A stretch of 64,000 nt of DNA from an uncultured Haloferula sp. (GTDB taxonomy: Bacteria > Verrucomicrobiota > Verrucomicrobiia > Verrucomicrobiales > Akkermansiaceae). The DNA lies in the NCBI GenBank assembly GCA_965652295.1, contig CBFGTS010000012.1:1-64000 (forward strand), given 5' to 3'. Both the position numbers and the translations under genes were made by a program. Each line of letters starts with the position of its first letter. Positions within the stretch are counted from its first letter, which is position 1. The notes below the pieces were generated by a model. It saw only the letters and a list, made by a program, of their open reading frames with translations, made no database searches and was not told the DNA's origin. Positions 1 through 8,236 of the stretch are shown here, in pieces.

Positions 1-55
1 GTGGAACTCGCTTGCGCCATGATCCTGCTCAACGCACTTTTGAGATAGCTTCTAG

Positions 56-352
56 AGACCAAGCAGGGCGTCAACAAACACCGCGACAAGTCCAGCCCCG
101 ACCAGCCGCTCCTCCCCGCCCTCGAAGCCGTCACCTCCGTCTCCCGCGGCCACGGCCAGCGCGGCAGCGCCGCCTTCGACAAGGCCCTCCACCCTCCCCG
201 AGCAAGTCGCCGCCATCCAAAAGCTCCTCCCCGCCCTAGGCTCAGATGCAGACGCCAGCGCCCTGGCCGCCGCCTTTGGCCGCCGCACCCCCGCCCGCAT
301 CCGCCAGATTGAAGAGATTCTTGAAACTCTCACCGCGTTGGGGAAACTCTAA
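56..352 (+). pseudogene. C-terminal remnant resembling the tail of MmeI-like (type IIL) class I SAM-dependent DNA methyltransferase-endonucleases
   Basis: Frame 2 reads ...RPSTLPEQVAAIQKLLPALGSDADASALAAAFGRRTPARIRQIEEILETLTALGKL* (TAA 350-352). This matches from memory the WPxxLPEQV...LETLxALG tail. In-frame stops at 20, 41 and 53, and no start codon. Confidence 0.5.
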
Positions 353-379
353 TCACTGAAACCACGCAACCTGCGCCTA

Positions 380-1774
380 ATGAGTGCTCCGAGTCGCGTC
401 CTTTACGAGCTCCACAATTCTCTCGAACCAATCGGCTTCGAGAACCTGTGCGTGGACCTTTTGGTCCGCGAAGGCTTCTGGCGCATTGTCCCCGGTGGAA
501 AGGTGCGGGATCACGGCCGGGATGCTGAGGTGCGCTTCTGGCTCGGTGAGGAGCCCGGAGCGCCGCGAATCGCATTCCAGTTCAGTCTGGAAGCAAGATG
601 GGAAGCCAAACTTAGGCGTGACATTTCGAAGATCACGCAGTTCTCGAGAACCGTCGAAGAAGTTGTTTTCGTTAGCAGCCGTTCGATATCCGTAGAAAAA
701 CAGGACAAGCTGCGCGCCGAGTTTCTCCACAGCCATGGCATCAGACTGCAGATCTTTGATGAAAGTTGGTTCCGAGCTCGGCTGGAGGAGGAGCACGCCG
801 ACCTCGCGCGGAAACATTTGCGAGTCGAGGTAAACGCCACGCCCGGCTACTACGCAACGATGGTGAGCCTCCATGATCTGACAGATGAAAACTGCATGGA
901 GCTGCTCCGGCATACGACGCCTGAAGCCCTGCGCGCGACGTTTCGATCTCGAACCCTCGCGGACCCGACATCCGTGGCCGCGTGGCGCGGCCTGGCGTCT
1001 GTCGCCGCGTATCAGCGCCAATACGATGCTGCTCTTCCCGCTATCGCCAAAGCACTCGAACTCTCAAATGACGAGACTGAGCGTCTGAATCTGACGATTC
1101 GCCGAGCTTTGATCCTTGCGGAGAAAGGGATTCAATCAAAATCACGTGTCTGCCTCAAGGAGGCTCATGCGATCCTTGCTCCCATCGCGAGCAACGTCAA
1201 ACGGGCGGTCGACCACTACAACTTGGGAAACATACTTGGGGCGCTAGACAAAGACCGGGAAGCAGAAGAGCACTACAGGCGATGCCTGACCCTCAAACCG
1301 GAGTACGCCCCCGCGTGGCACAACCTCGGAACCCTCATCGTTCGGCAGAAAGGCCGCCGTGAAGAAGGCCTCAATTGTCTGGACCGCGCCATATCCTTGA
1401 AACCCGATCTTGTACCGGCCTTATGCACCAAGGCGAACATACTCGTGATGACGGGCCCCAGTTGCGAGGAAGCTCTCGCCCTCATGGATCGAGCGTTTTC
1501 GATCGATCCAAACTTGGAAGAACGATGGCGACATGCAAGGTATTGGCGCTCGATGGCTCTCTGTCGTGAAGGACGGTTTGTTGAGGCTCATTCAGAAGTT
1601 CGCCAAGGGCTTGAGAGAGATCCCGACTGTCCGTTTCTTGAAAAGCTCGCAACAGACATTTTTTCTCACCTATGGCGCATCGATCCGGGACACCTTAAGG
1701 ATGCCGAAGAATTCTTTTCTCTGAGAATCGACCCTGAGAACAGAAACTATGGCGTCCTTAGTTGGGATGCTTGA
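380..1774 (+). CDS. Mrr-like restriction-endonuclease-fold N-terminal domain + tetratricopeptide repeat protein (probably the first part of a split gene)
   Basis: N-terminus FENLCVDLL..GGKVRDHGRDA..FQFS..WEAKLRRDISKI; TPR units such as AVDHYNLGNILGALDKDREAEEHYRRCLTLKPEYAPAWHNLG; visibly lower GC than the flanks. Confidence 0.75.
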   Translation: MSAPSRVLYELHNSLEPIGFENLCVDLLVREGFWRIVPGGKVRDHGRDAEVRFWLGEEPGAPRIAFQFSLEARWEAKLRRDISKITQFSRTVEEVVFVSSRSISVEKQDKLRAEFLHSHGIRLQIFDESWFRARLEEEHADLARKHLRVEVNATPGYYATMVSLHDLTDENCMELLRHTTPEALRATFRSRTLADPTSVAAWRGLASVAAYQRQYDAALPAIAKALELSNDETERLNLTIRRALILAEKGIQSKSRVCLKEAHAILAPIASNVKRAVDHYNLGNILGALDKDREAEEHYRRCLTLKPEYAPAWHNLGTLIVRQKGRREEGLNCLDRAISLKPDLVPALCTKANILVMTGPSCEEALALMDRAFSIDPNLEERWRHARYWRSMALCREGRFVEAHSEVRQGLERDPDCPFLEKLATDIFSHLWRIDPGHLKDAEEFFSLRIDPENRNYGVLSWDA

Positions 1775-2411
1775 CCTGCTTGATGCAGCAGGTCGGGGGC
1801 GTGAGGCGTGGCTAATTCTACAGCGCTTTTTGGATCTTAAGGAGCTTTCGATCGAAGCTGTGGCGTCGCGCATCCCTGTGACTCTTGCTGAACTGAGTGC
1901 ATCTTTTCGATATATTTCGATTTATCGAGAGTTCCGCGATGCAAACCCGCTGATCGATTACGCTCGCATTCTTGACGAGCTGACGCTCCATCCGCATCCT
2001 GATGTTCCCGAAATCCTTTATCATCTGCTCATCCCGACTTTCTCCGGGGCTTTCGACGCAATTGTCCAGAACAGCAGCCCGGGCGAACCGGTGGAGCGTC
2101 CCCTGAAGCTCAAAAGCATTTACACCAAAATCTCGCAGACGTTCGCTTCGTTCCGGGGTCATCTCGCGCATCCCTCCGCGATTCCGCCACAGGAGTCTCT
2201 ATCCGATTTGCTGGCAGGTTTGATGGTCGCCGGCGTAGATATCCCTTTGATTGAAGTATCAAGACAAATCGGATTCCTGAGCGGCATTGCGGGGGCGGAT
2301 ATTTTGGAATCTGATCGAGCCTTGATCGTAGCGGCATCCCGAGAAATACATGATGCTTGGGTTACGACATTGCTCGAGGATGTCACCGCAGCCTGGGGTC
2401 TTTTCAAGTAG
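1749..2411 (+). CDS. Hypothetical helical protein, possibly the frameshifted continuation of 380..1774
   Basis: 220-aa ORF in the +1 frame overlapping the upstream ORF by 26 nt; same atypical composition; no clear RBS. Confidence 0.55.
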   Translation: MASLVGMLDLLDAAGRGREAWLILQRFLDLKELSIEAVASRIPVTLAELSASFRYISIYREFRDANPLIDYARILDELTLHPHPDVPEILYHLLIPTFSGAFDAIVQNSSPGEPVERPLKLKSIYTKISQTFASFRGHLAHPSAIPPQESLSDLLAGLMVAGVDIPLIEVSRQIGFLSGIAGADILESDRALIVAASREIHDAWVTTLLEDVTAAWGLFK

Positions 2412-2427
2412 GTTCCCGTGAAACGGA

Positions 2428-3363
2428 TTACTCGAACTCCACCTTGGCCATGTCGGTGAGCTGCGCGTTGAGGGCTCGGAGGCGCTCTTCGGAGAAGACG
2501 GCCGGCCGGTCGGAGAGGTAGCCACGGATCAGCTTTTCGTTGAGGACCGCGACCGCGCCCTTGGCTTTGGCCGTGACGTACCAGCCTGGCAGAACGAGAG
2601 CGGCGGAGACCGGGATGTCCGTGCCATTGAGGGCGGTGAGCTTCTCGGTGAGCCAAGCGGCATTCCGGGAGGCCTGCTTGATGCCATGGGCATCGGCACC
2701 CATGGGGCGGGGAAAGTGGAGATGGACACCGTCGAAGACGACTTCGTGGTTCTTTTGTGTGGCCTGCTGGTCCGAGGGGAGCTTGGGCTTGCGGCGGGCT
2801 TTGGTCTCGAAGACGAAGACCCCGGCGGGGGTGAGAGCGACGTGGTCGATGTTCCACGGTTTGGCCCCGGGTCGCTTGACTTCCAGATCATGGAAGACGC
2901 GGAGGCCATCGGACGAGAGGCGGTCGAGCACCCCGCCGACGATCTGCTCGCCCTGAAGACCGAGCCTGTGGTTGGCGAGCTTTCGGAGGGTCTTGCGGAG
3001 AAGATGGAAGAAGACCGCAGTCCCGATCACTCCAAAACCAAGGCCGAGGGAAAGAAGGCCGGTTTGAACATAGAGGAGCCACGCCACGAAGCCGGCGAAC
3101 CCGACCATCGTCGTATAGAGAAGGAGATCCGCCATCAGGTGCTCGGTCCGGCTTTGGAGGCTCCAGCCCGGCGGGCGCGGCATGTCCTTGAATGGCCGGC
3201 GGCTCTTTTCATTCCGCACGCGGACCCATCGCCGCATCCAGAAAATGAGCCCGATGATGGGGAGACCGGGGAAGAACAAGAGGAACCAGAGGTTTTCAAG
3301 CACCGGAGAAGATCCTGCGAGGAAAGGACTCGGACGGGAAGAGCGAAGACCAGCCCGGGACAT
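2428..3363 (-). CDS. Membrane-anchored NERD (nuclease-related domain) protein; start uncertain
   Basis: Three hydrophobic segments followed by LGLQGEQIVG..RVFHDL..NIDHVALTPAGVFVFETKAR, the NERD signature. Confidence 0.8.
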   Translation of the reverse strand: MSRAGLRSSRPSPFLAGSSPVLENLWFLLFFPGLPIIGLIFWMRRWVRVRNEKSRRPFKDMPRPPGWSLQSRTEHLMADLLLYTTMVGFAGFVAWLLYVQTGLLSLGLGFGVIGTAVFFHLLRKTLRKLANHRLGLQGEQIVGGVLDRLSSDGLRVFHDLEVKRPGAKPWNIDHVALTPAGVFVFETKARRKPKLPSDQQATQKNHEVVFDGVHLHFPRPMGADAHGIKQASRNAAWLTEKLTALNGTDIPVSAALVLPGWYVTAKAKGAVAVLNEKLIRGYLSDRPAVFSEERLRALNAQLTDMAKVEFE

Positions 3364-3584
3364 GTCGCCACGACCCACAGTCGCGAGTGCATGGAGGCCG
3401 CCGACCGCGCCGCCAAGGAGCACGACGACTATCCTCTGCGCTACCTCCGGCTTGACCGACGGGTGGATGATCCCTCGAAGATCGTCGGAACGATCTTCGC
3501 CGGCGGGGAGATGGAGACGGCGATCAACTCGAACCTGGAGATGCGGTGAACAAGCCGTGCCCGGTGCTTCGGTCGGAGCACGAA

Positions 3585-3720
3585 GCGGTTCAGCATTTCA
3601 GAGCGCACCTCCGCATCCACAGTTCTTGGCGTCCTTGGCGACTTGGCGGTTCAACCAGCTCCGGAGGCTCCGGCAGCGTGGCTCATCTGTCCAAGCCGGC
3701 TGAAGACCGGCGCTCCGTAC
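3585..3720. repeat. Repeat-rich spacer A: GCGGTTCAGCATTTCAGA box, 3x CTTGGCG heptamer run, CAACCAGCTCCG box, REP-like hairpin
   Basis: Read directly: 3585-3602; CTTGGCG at 3625, 3634 and 3642; 3652-3663; GCCGGCTGAAGACCGGCGCTCCG near 3695-3717. Confidence 0.7.
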
Positions 3721-3748
3721 GACCGGGCCGGTGGGATTCGGAACCGCG

Positions 3749-4513
3749 TCACTCATCCCACCACGTCTGATCCTCGACGACCCAGAAACCGTGGCGTTTG
3801 ACGAACATTCCCTCACCGTGCACACCCGATAGGATCATTCCTTTTTTGCGGGATGCTCTCTCGAAACGGATGCGCTCGGGGGATAGACGCTCAAGGGTCA
3901 GGTCGAGCGTCGCGCCGCCATCGGGGAAAGCGGTCTCGTCCACCGCGAATTCGGTCGCGGGGTACTTCTCCCTCAAAAGGCTCAGGACGGATTCAGGAGG
4001 CGCGGCGCGATTGAAGCGCAAAAGGATCGGACCATCGAGTTCCGGCGGCAGAACCCCGTCGAACACCGGCCGCGGAATCCTCTCGATTTCGGGAGTGGTC
4101 CGGGCGTATTTCTCGAAGACCCGCCACATCTCCTCGCTTCTGATCCAACCAAGCGGAGTTTCTCCGCCCGCCTCCGCATAGGGATCGGCACCGGCGGCAA
4201 GCAGTACATCCGCTGACCGCGGTGCGTTGATATCGACGGCATCGTGCAGCAGGGTTGCCTCGCCCTCATCGGTCTCGTCGGCCCCTGCGTTCACGTCGAA
4301 CCCATCGAGGAGCAGGCGGGTGGCCTCCGGCAGGTCTGCCCGAACCGCCTCCCACAGTAGTTCCCTCCGCTCTTCCACCGGCAGCGCCGCCAGGCGGTCC
4401 TCCGGCACCGCCCGGTACCCGGCGAGAAATCCGAAGAAGCTGCCGACGACCACCCCGGCCACCACCGATGCCGCGATGACGCCGTATCGACGGACGTCCG
4501 TGTGCTCCTTCAT
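3749..4513 (-). CDS. Ankyrin-repeat protein with N-terminal membrane anchor
   Basis: LLDGFDVNA..ATLLHDAVDINAPRSADVLLAAGADPYAEAGGETPL; hydrophobic N-terminus. Confidence 0.8.
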   Translation of the reverse strand: MKEHTDVRRYGVIAASVVAGVVVGSFFGFLAGYRAVPEDRLAALPVEERRELLWEAVRADLPEATRLLLDGFDVNAGADETDEGEATLLHDAVDINAPRSADVLLAAGADPYAEAGGETPLGWIRSEEMWRVFEKYARTTPEIERIPRPVFDGVLPPELDGPILLRFNRAAPPESVLSLLREKYPATEFAVDETAFPDGGATLDLTLERLSPERIRFERASRKKGMILSGVHGEGMFVKRHGFWVVEDQTWWDE

Positions 4514-4556
4514 CCGGTTCAGGGTAAGGCTTTGCGGAGCGCTTGGGAAGCGGGGA

Positions 4557-4845
4557 GCGGTTTCAGCATTTCAGAATTCACTCCATCCAACCAGCTCCGT
4601 GGCTGTGGCATCCCTGCCGCAGGGCCCGCCCCAGCGGCTTCCAGCCGCGTCCCACGTAGCTGCGGCGGCTCGCCGCAGGCCGTTTCAGGAGCGGCTCGCT
4701 CCGAGTCCCTAGACCGGTTCATTGGTCATCAGCCACTGGTTCCGACCTTCCGACCTTCCGACCTTCCGACCCTCCCACCGACATCCGACAACAATCCATT
4801 CTCTTCCTCCGCGCCCCCTCCGCGACCTCCGCGTCTCTGTGTCAG
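4557..4845. repeat. Repeat-rich spacer B: GCGGTTTCAGCATTTCAGA box, CAACCAGCTCCG box, GT(A/G)G-type REP hairpins, (TTCCGACC)x4, CCTCCGCG run
   Basis: GTGG-CTGTGGCA-TCCC-TGCCGCAG 4599-4622; GTAG-CTGCGGCG-GCT-CGCCGCAG 4656-4678; TTCCGACC x4 at 4740-4771; CCTCCGCG at 4806, 4817 and 4826. Confidence 0.8.
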
Positions 4846-4891
4846 AACCCCACATCACTCATCCCTTGGGACAGGCTTGCGCGGGATCGGC

Positions 4892-5397
4892 TCAGAGGCA
4901 GCAATGCTTGTGTTTCTTCCCGCTCCCGCAGGGGCACGGCGGGTTGCGGGAGGTTTTCGGGGACCGGACGATGTTATCGGGCCTGATGGTCTAATGAGCC
5001 GGTGGTGGTCTTTGATCATGGAGGTCCACCGCTCGTCCAGAAGGTGGTTCATCAGGATCAGCATCCCCTCGCGAGAGACGCGGTCCGGACTCGCGAAATC
5101 GATGCTCACCCCGCTCATTTCCTCGGCCAAGTCGCGGTCCGAGGGGTCCGAGGACGAGCCCATCCAGCGCAGGTAGAACCTCGGGCTCTCCCAGCCGAAA
5201 TTGACCAGCGACACGAGTTGGCCGTCATGCATGACCTGGATGATCGTTTTTCGGCAGTCGCAGGCGCGGTCGGTGCAATAGGTATCAACGAAGGTGTATT
5301 CCCCGTCCGGCAGACGGGGGTCATCGGCGAGAACGATCGAGCGAATCCTGCACCCGGGTCCGAGAATCTCGCCTGCGGGCATGAAGGGCGTGATCAC
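4892..5397 (-). pseudogene. SEC-C zinc-motif protein with a frameshift before the SEC-C motif
   Basis: Main frame has LPDGEYTFVDTYCTDRACDCRK..FGWES. The -1 frame after about 4990 reads [32 protein letters not shown] (stop 4892-4894). Confidence 0.75.
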
Positions 5398-5470
5398 GAT
5401 TTGAGAAATTCGAGGACGTAGGGGTCCTTGATGAAGTCGCGGATGGAGGACTTGGCGGGTGGAGCTTCCC
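5394..5470 (-). pseudogene. Short fragment of a YhcG/DUF1016 (PDDEXK) family gene
   Basis: Reads SSIRDFIKDPYVLEFLKS*; IKDPYVLEFL is the hallmark DUF1016 motif (from memory); the rest of the gene is absent. Confidence 0.55.
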
Positions 5471-5612
5471 GTGTCGGTGGAAAAGACGTTAGGGATTGGC
5501 GAGAGGGAGACAAGCCGAACGGAGAGAAGTGTTGGGGGAACGTGGAAGCGGGTGGCAAACCGGTTTTCCGGCTGGGACGGCGTTGGGAAGATTGTCTGAA
5601 GGTGGAAAGGTG

Positions 5613-5735
5613 CCCGGCAGGATGCCGGCCACTGCCGGCGGGACGCCGGCGCTCCCCTACAAGACGCCGGCGCTCCCCGGGACACTTTGCCCCTCGCTCG
5701 AATTCGCGGCCATTCGCGTCGATTCGCGGTTCAAA
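5613..5735. repeat. Repeat-rich spacer C: GGAG-type REP-like hairpins and 3x ATTCGCG heptamer run
   Basis: GCCGGCGGGACGCCGGCGCTCCC and a second GACGCCGGCGCTCCCC; ATTCGCG at 5702, 5712 and 5722, ending GCGGTTCAA. Confidence 0.7.
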
Positions 5736-5827
5736 TCTTCTTTCCAGGCCGCGATCTCCGCTCATGACCCGATCCCCCAAGCGGGCCATTGCAGTCGTGG
5801 AATCGCCTGCCTAGCCTCGCGCCGAAC

Positions 5828-6589
5828 ATGCCCGCCACCACCTCACGCCCTGTCGGCAACAAGGTCCTCTTCATGGCCACGTGCCTGTGCGATGCCTTCT
5901 ACGACGAAGCCGCCCGCGCCTCGGTCGAAGTCCTGGAACGCCTCGGTATCGAGGTCGTGTTCCCGGAAAACCAGACCTGCTGCGGCCAGCCGGCCTTCAA
6001 CTCGGGCGATTGGAAGTCGTCCCGTAAGGTCGCGCGGCACACCGCCGAGGTCTTCGCGGGCGATCTGCCGGTGATCGTGCCGAGCGGCTCGTGCGCGGCG
6101 ATGAATTTCCACGGCAACCCCCTCCAGTTCGAGGAATGCCCGGACCCGGCGATCGACTCGCTGGCCCACCGCACCTGGGAAATCATCGACTACCTGGTCC
6201 ACGGCCTCGGCATCACCACCTGGGACGGCACTTTTGAAAAGCCCACCCGCGTCGCCTTCCACCGCTCCTGCCACACCCGCGGGACCCGGACCGGCGAGGC
6301 GGTGGGCGCCCTGCTGGCCTCGATCCGCAACGCCGAGGTCGTCGCCTTCGGCCAGGACGACCAGTGCTGCGGTTTCGGCGGCACCTTCTCCGTGACCTTC
6401 CCGCACATCTCCGGCCGCATGGGCTCGCTGAAGCTCGACCACATCCTCGCCCAGCAGCCCGACCTCCTGGTTTCCGCCGACATGTCCTGCCTGATGCACA
6501 TCACCGGCCTCGCCCGCGTCCAGGGCCGCCCGATCGAGCACAAGCACGTCATCCAGGTCCTCCGCGACACCCTGGCAGCCAAAAGCTAG
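5828..6589 (+). CDS. lutA: L-lactate utilisation Fe-S protein A (CCG domains)
   Basis: FMATCLCD, QTCCGQPAFNSG, PSGSC, HRSCH, CCGFGGTFSV, DMSCLMHI; first gene of a lutABC order. Confidence 0.9.
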   Translation: MPATTSRPVGNKVLFMATCLCDAFYDEAARASVEVLERLGIEVVFPENQTCCGQPAFNSGDWKSSRKVARHTAEVFAGDLPVIVPSGSCAAMNFHGNPLQFEECPDPAIDSLAHRTWEIIDYLVHGLGITTWDGTFEKPTRVAFHRSCHTRGTRTGEAVGALLASIRNAEVVAFGQDDQCCGFGGTFSVTFPHISGRMGSLKLDHILAQQPDLLVSADMSCLMHITGLARVQGRPIEHKHVIQVLRDTLAAKS

Positions 6590-6646
6590 GAGCGGGGACC
6601 ACCGCGCCTAAAGCCATCTACGATCCACCCTCTTCCATCCACCATC

Positions 6647-8041
6647 TTGATCACGCGCCAACCCATCGACGCCTACGCCCGCACGATCAGCGAGGAAAAG
6701 CAGACCTCGGTGATCACCGGCTCCACGGCCAGCACCGAGAAACGAAAGTCGGTCCTGTTCTCCGACTACGAGGACCCCAACGCGCTCCGCCGCCTGGCGG
6801 GAAAGATCAAAGACCACACGCTCCACCATCTCGATCGCTACCTCGAGCAGGCCGAGACCTCGCTGACGCGGAACGGCGTGAAGGTCCACTTCGCCGACAC
6901 CGAGGACGACGCCCGCAACGCGGTGCTTTCCATCCTCCGCGAACACGAGGTCACGCGGCTGACCAAGTCGAAGTCGATGGCCTCCGAGGAAATCCATCTC
7001 AATCCTTTCCTGATCGAGCACGGCGTCGAGGTGCTCGAAAGCGACCTCGGTGAGTTCATCATCCAGCTCGATGGCGACGAGCCTTCGCACATCGTCCGCC
7101 CGATCATCCACAAGAACCGCCGCGAGATCGCCCGCACCTTCCAGGCCGCCGGCATTGCGGAGGACTACAACGACGACCCCGAAACCATCACCCGCCGCGC
7201 CCGCGTGTTCCTGCGGGAGAAATACATGCAGGCGCAGGCGGTCATCACCGGCGGCAACTTCATTTCCGCGGAGAGCGGCCGCGTCGTGCTGGTCACCAAC
7301 GAGGGCAACTCGCGCTTCGGCATGGCGCCCTCGAAGCTCCACATCGCGCTGATCGGGATCGAAAAGATCGTCCCCACCGACCGCGACCTCGGCGTGTTTC
7401 TCAACCTCCTCGGCCGCTCAGCCACCGGCCAGCAGCTCACGGTTTACACCGAGTTCATCGCCGGACCGAAAGATGCCTCCCAGCCGAGTGGTCCCGAGGA
7501 AATGCACGTCGTCCTGATGAACAACGGCCGCACCGACGTGCTGGCCTCGAACTGCCGCGAGATCCTGCGCTGCATCCGCTGCTCGGCGTGCCAGAACGTC
7601 TGCCCGGTCTATCGTCAGGCCTCCGGCCACGCCTACCGCAGCCCCTACGGCGGCCCGATCGGTGCGGTGCTTTCGCCGCTGCTTTTCGGCGACCGCTTCC
7701 CGGCCCTGGCCGACCTGCCGAAAGCCTCCTCGCTCTGCGGCGCGTGCCACGAAGTCTGCCCCGTGGACATCCCGATCCCCGACCTGCTGCTGCGTCTGCG
7801 CGACAAGGCGAAGCGCGCGCACATCCCGCAGGCGGGCGACCTGCCCATGTCGCCCTTCGCCACCCTGGCCACCTCCCCTTCCCTCTGGCGCACCGCGATG
7901 ACCATGAGCAAGGCGATGAACCACCTGCCCATCGAAGTCGCCCCCGTCCGCCCGCTTCAGGACTGGCTCGGCCAGCGCACCCTGCCCCCCTGGCACGGCG
8001 GGGATTTCCGCAAGTGGATGAAAGGGCGCCGGAAGGGTTAG
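6647..8041 (+). CDS. lutB: L-lactate utilisation Fe-S protein B (LUD + 4Fe-4S)
   Basis: KSKSMASEE, ESDLGEFIIQL, PSHIVRP, TNEGN, CIRCSACQNVCP, SSLCGACHEVCPVDIPIP. Confidence 0.92.
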   Translation: MITRQPIDAYARTISEEKQTSVITGSTASTEKRKSVLFSDYEDPNALRRLAGKIKDHTLHHLDRYLEQAETSLTRNGVKVHFADTEDDARNAVLSILREHEVTRLTKSKSMASEEIHLNPFLIEHGVEVLESDLGEFIIQLDGDEPSHIVRPIIHKNRREIARTFQAAGIAEDYNDDPETITRRARVFLREKYMQAQAVITGGNFISAESGRVVLVTNEGNSRFGMAPSKLHIALIGIEKIVPTDRDLGVFLNLLGRSATGQQLTVYTEFIAGPKDASQPSGPEEMHVVLMNNGRTDVLASNCREILRCIRCSACQNVCPVYRQASGHAYRSPYGGPIGAVLSPLLFGDRFPALADLPKASSLCGACHEVCPVDIPIPDLLLRLRDKAKRAHIPQAGDLPMSPFATLATSPSLWRTAMTMSKAMNHLPIEVAPVRPLQDWLGQRTLPPWHGGDFRKWMKGRRKG

Positions 8042-8200
8042 GCGGGCTTTTTCGCCGCAGAGACGCAGAGGAAAGACAGGAAAACACAGAGTTATGGAAT
8101 ATCCGCATCGAGATCTTGGAGCCGCGCTGGATCGGTGGGGCGGGCTTTCTTCTTACCACGGAGGAACGGAGGAAGACGGAGACCACGGAGGAAAATGAAG
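8042..8200 (+). repeat. Two extra left-arm copies of the GxxExxY element (8042-8109 near-identical and including the first 5 codons; 8140-8197 divergent)
   Basis: GCGGGCTTTTTCGCCGCAGAGACGCAGAGGAAAGACAGG...TTATGGAATATCCGCATC occurs at 8042-8109 and 8236-8304; variant GCGGGCTTTCTTCTTACCACGGAGGAACGGAGGAAGACGGAGACCACGGAGGAAAATG at 8140. Confidence 0.9.
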
Positions 8201-8236
8201 GTTTTTCCACAAAGTAGCTGAACGCGATAGGATTAG

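Noticed and set aside
3391..3549. 52-aa plus-strand ORF MEAADRAAKEHDDYPLRYLRLD...
   Set aside because: Codon usage looks coding and it may be a remnant, but I cannot assign a family or an RBS.
3585..5735. Integron cassette array or CRISPR array interpretation of the repeated spacers
   Set aside because: No RYYYAAC/GTTRRRY attC pairs, no integrase or cas genes, and no constant repeat-spacer periodicity.
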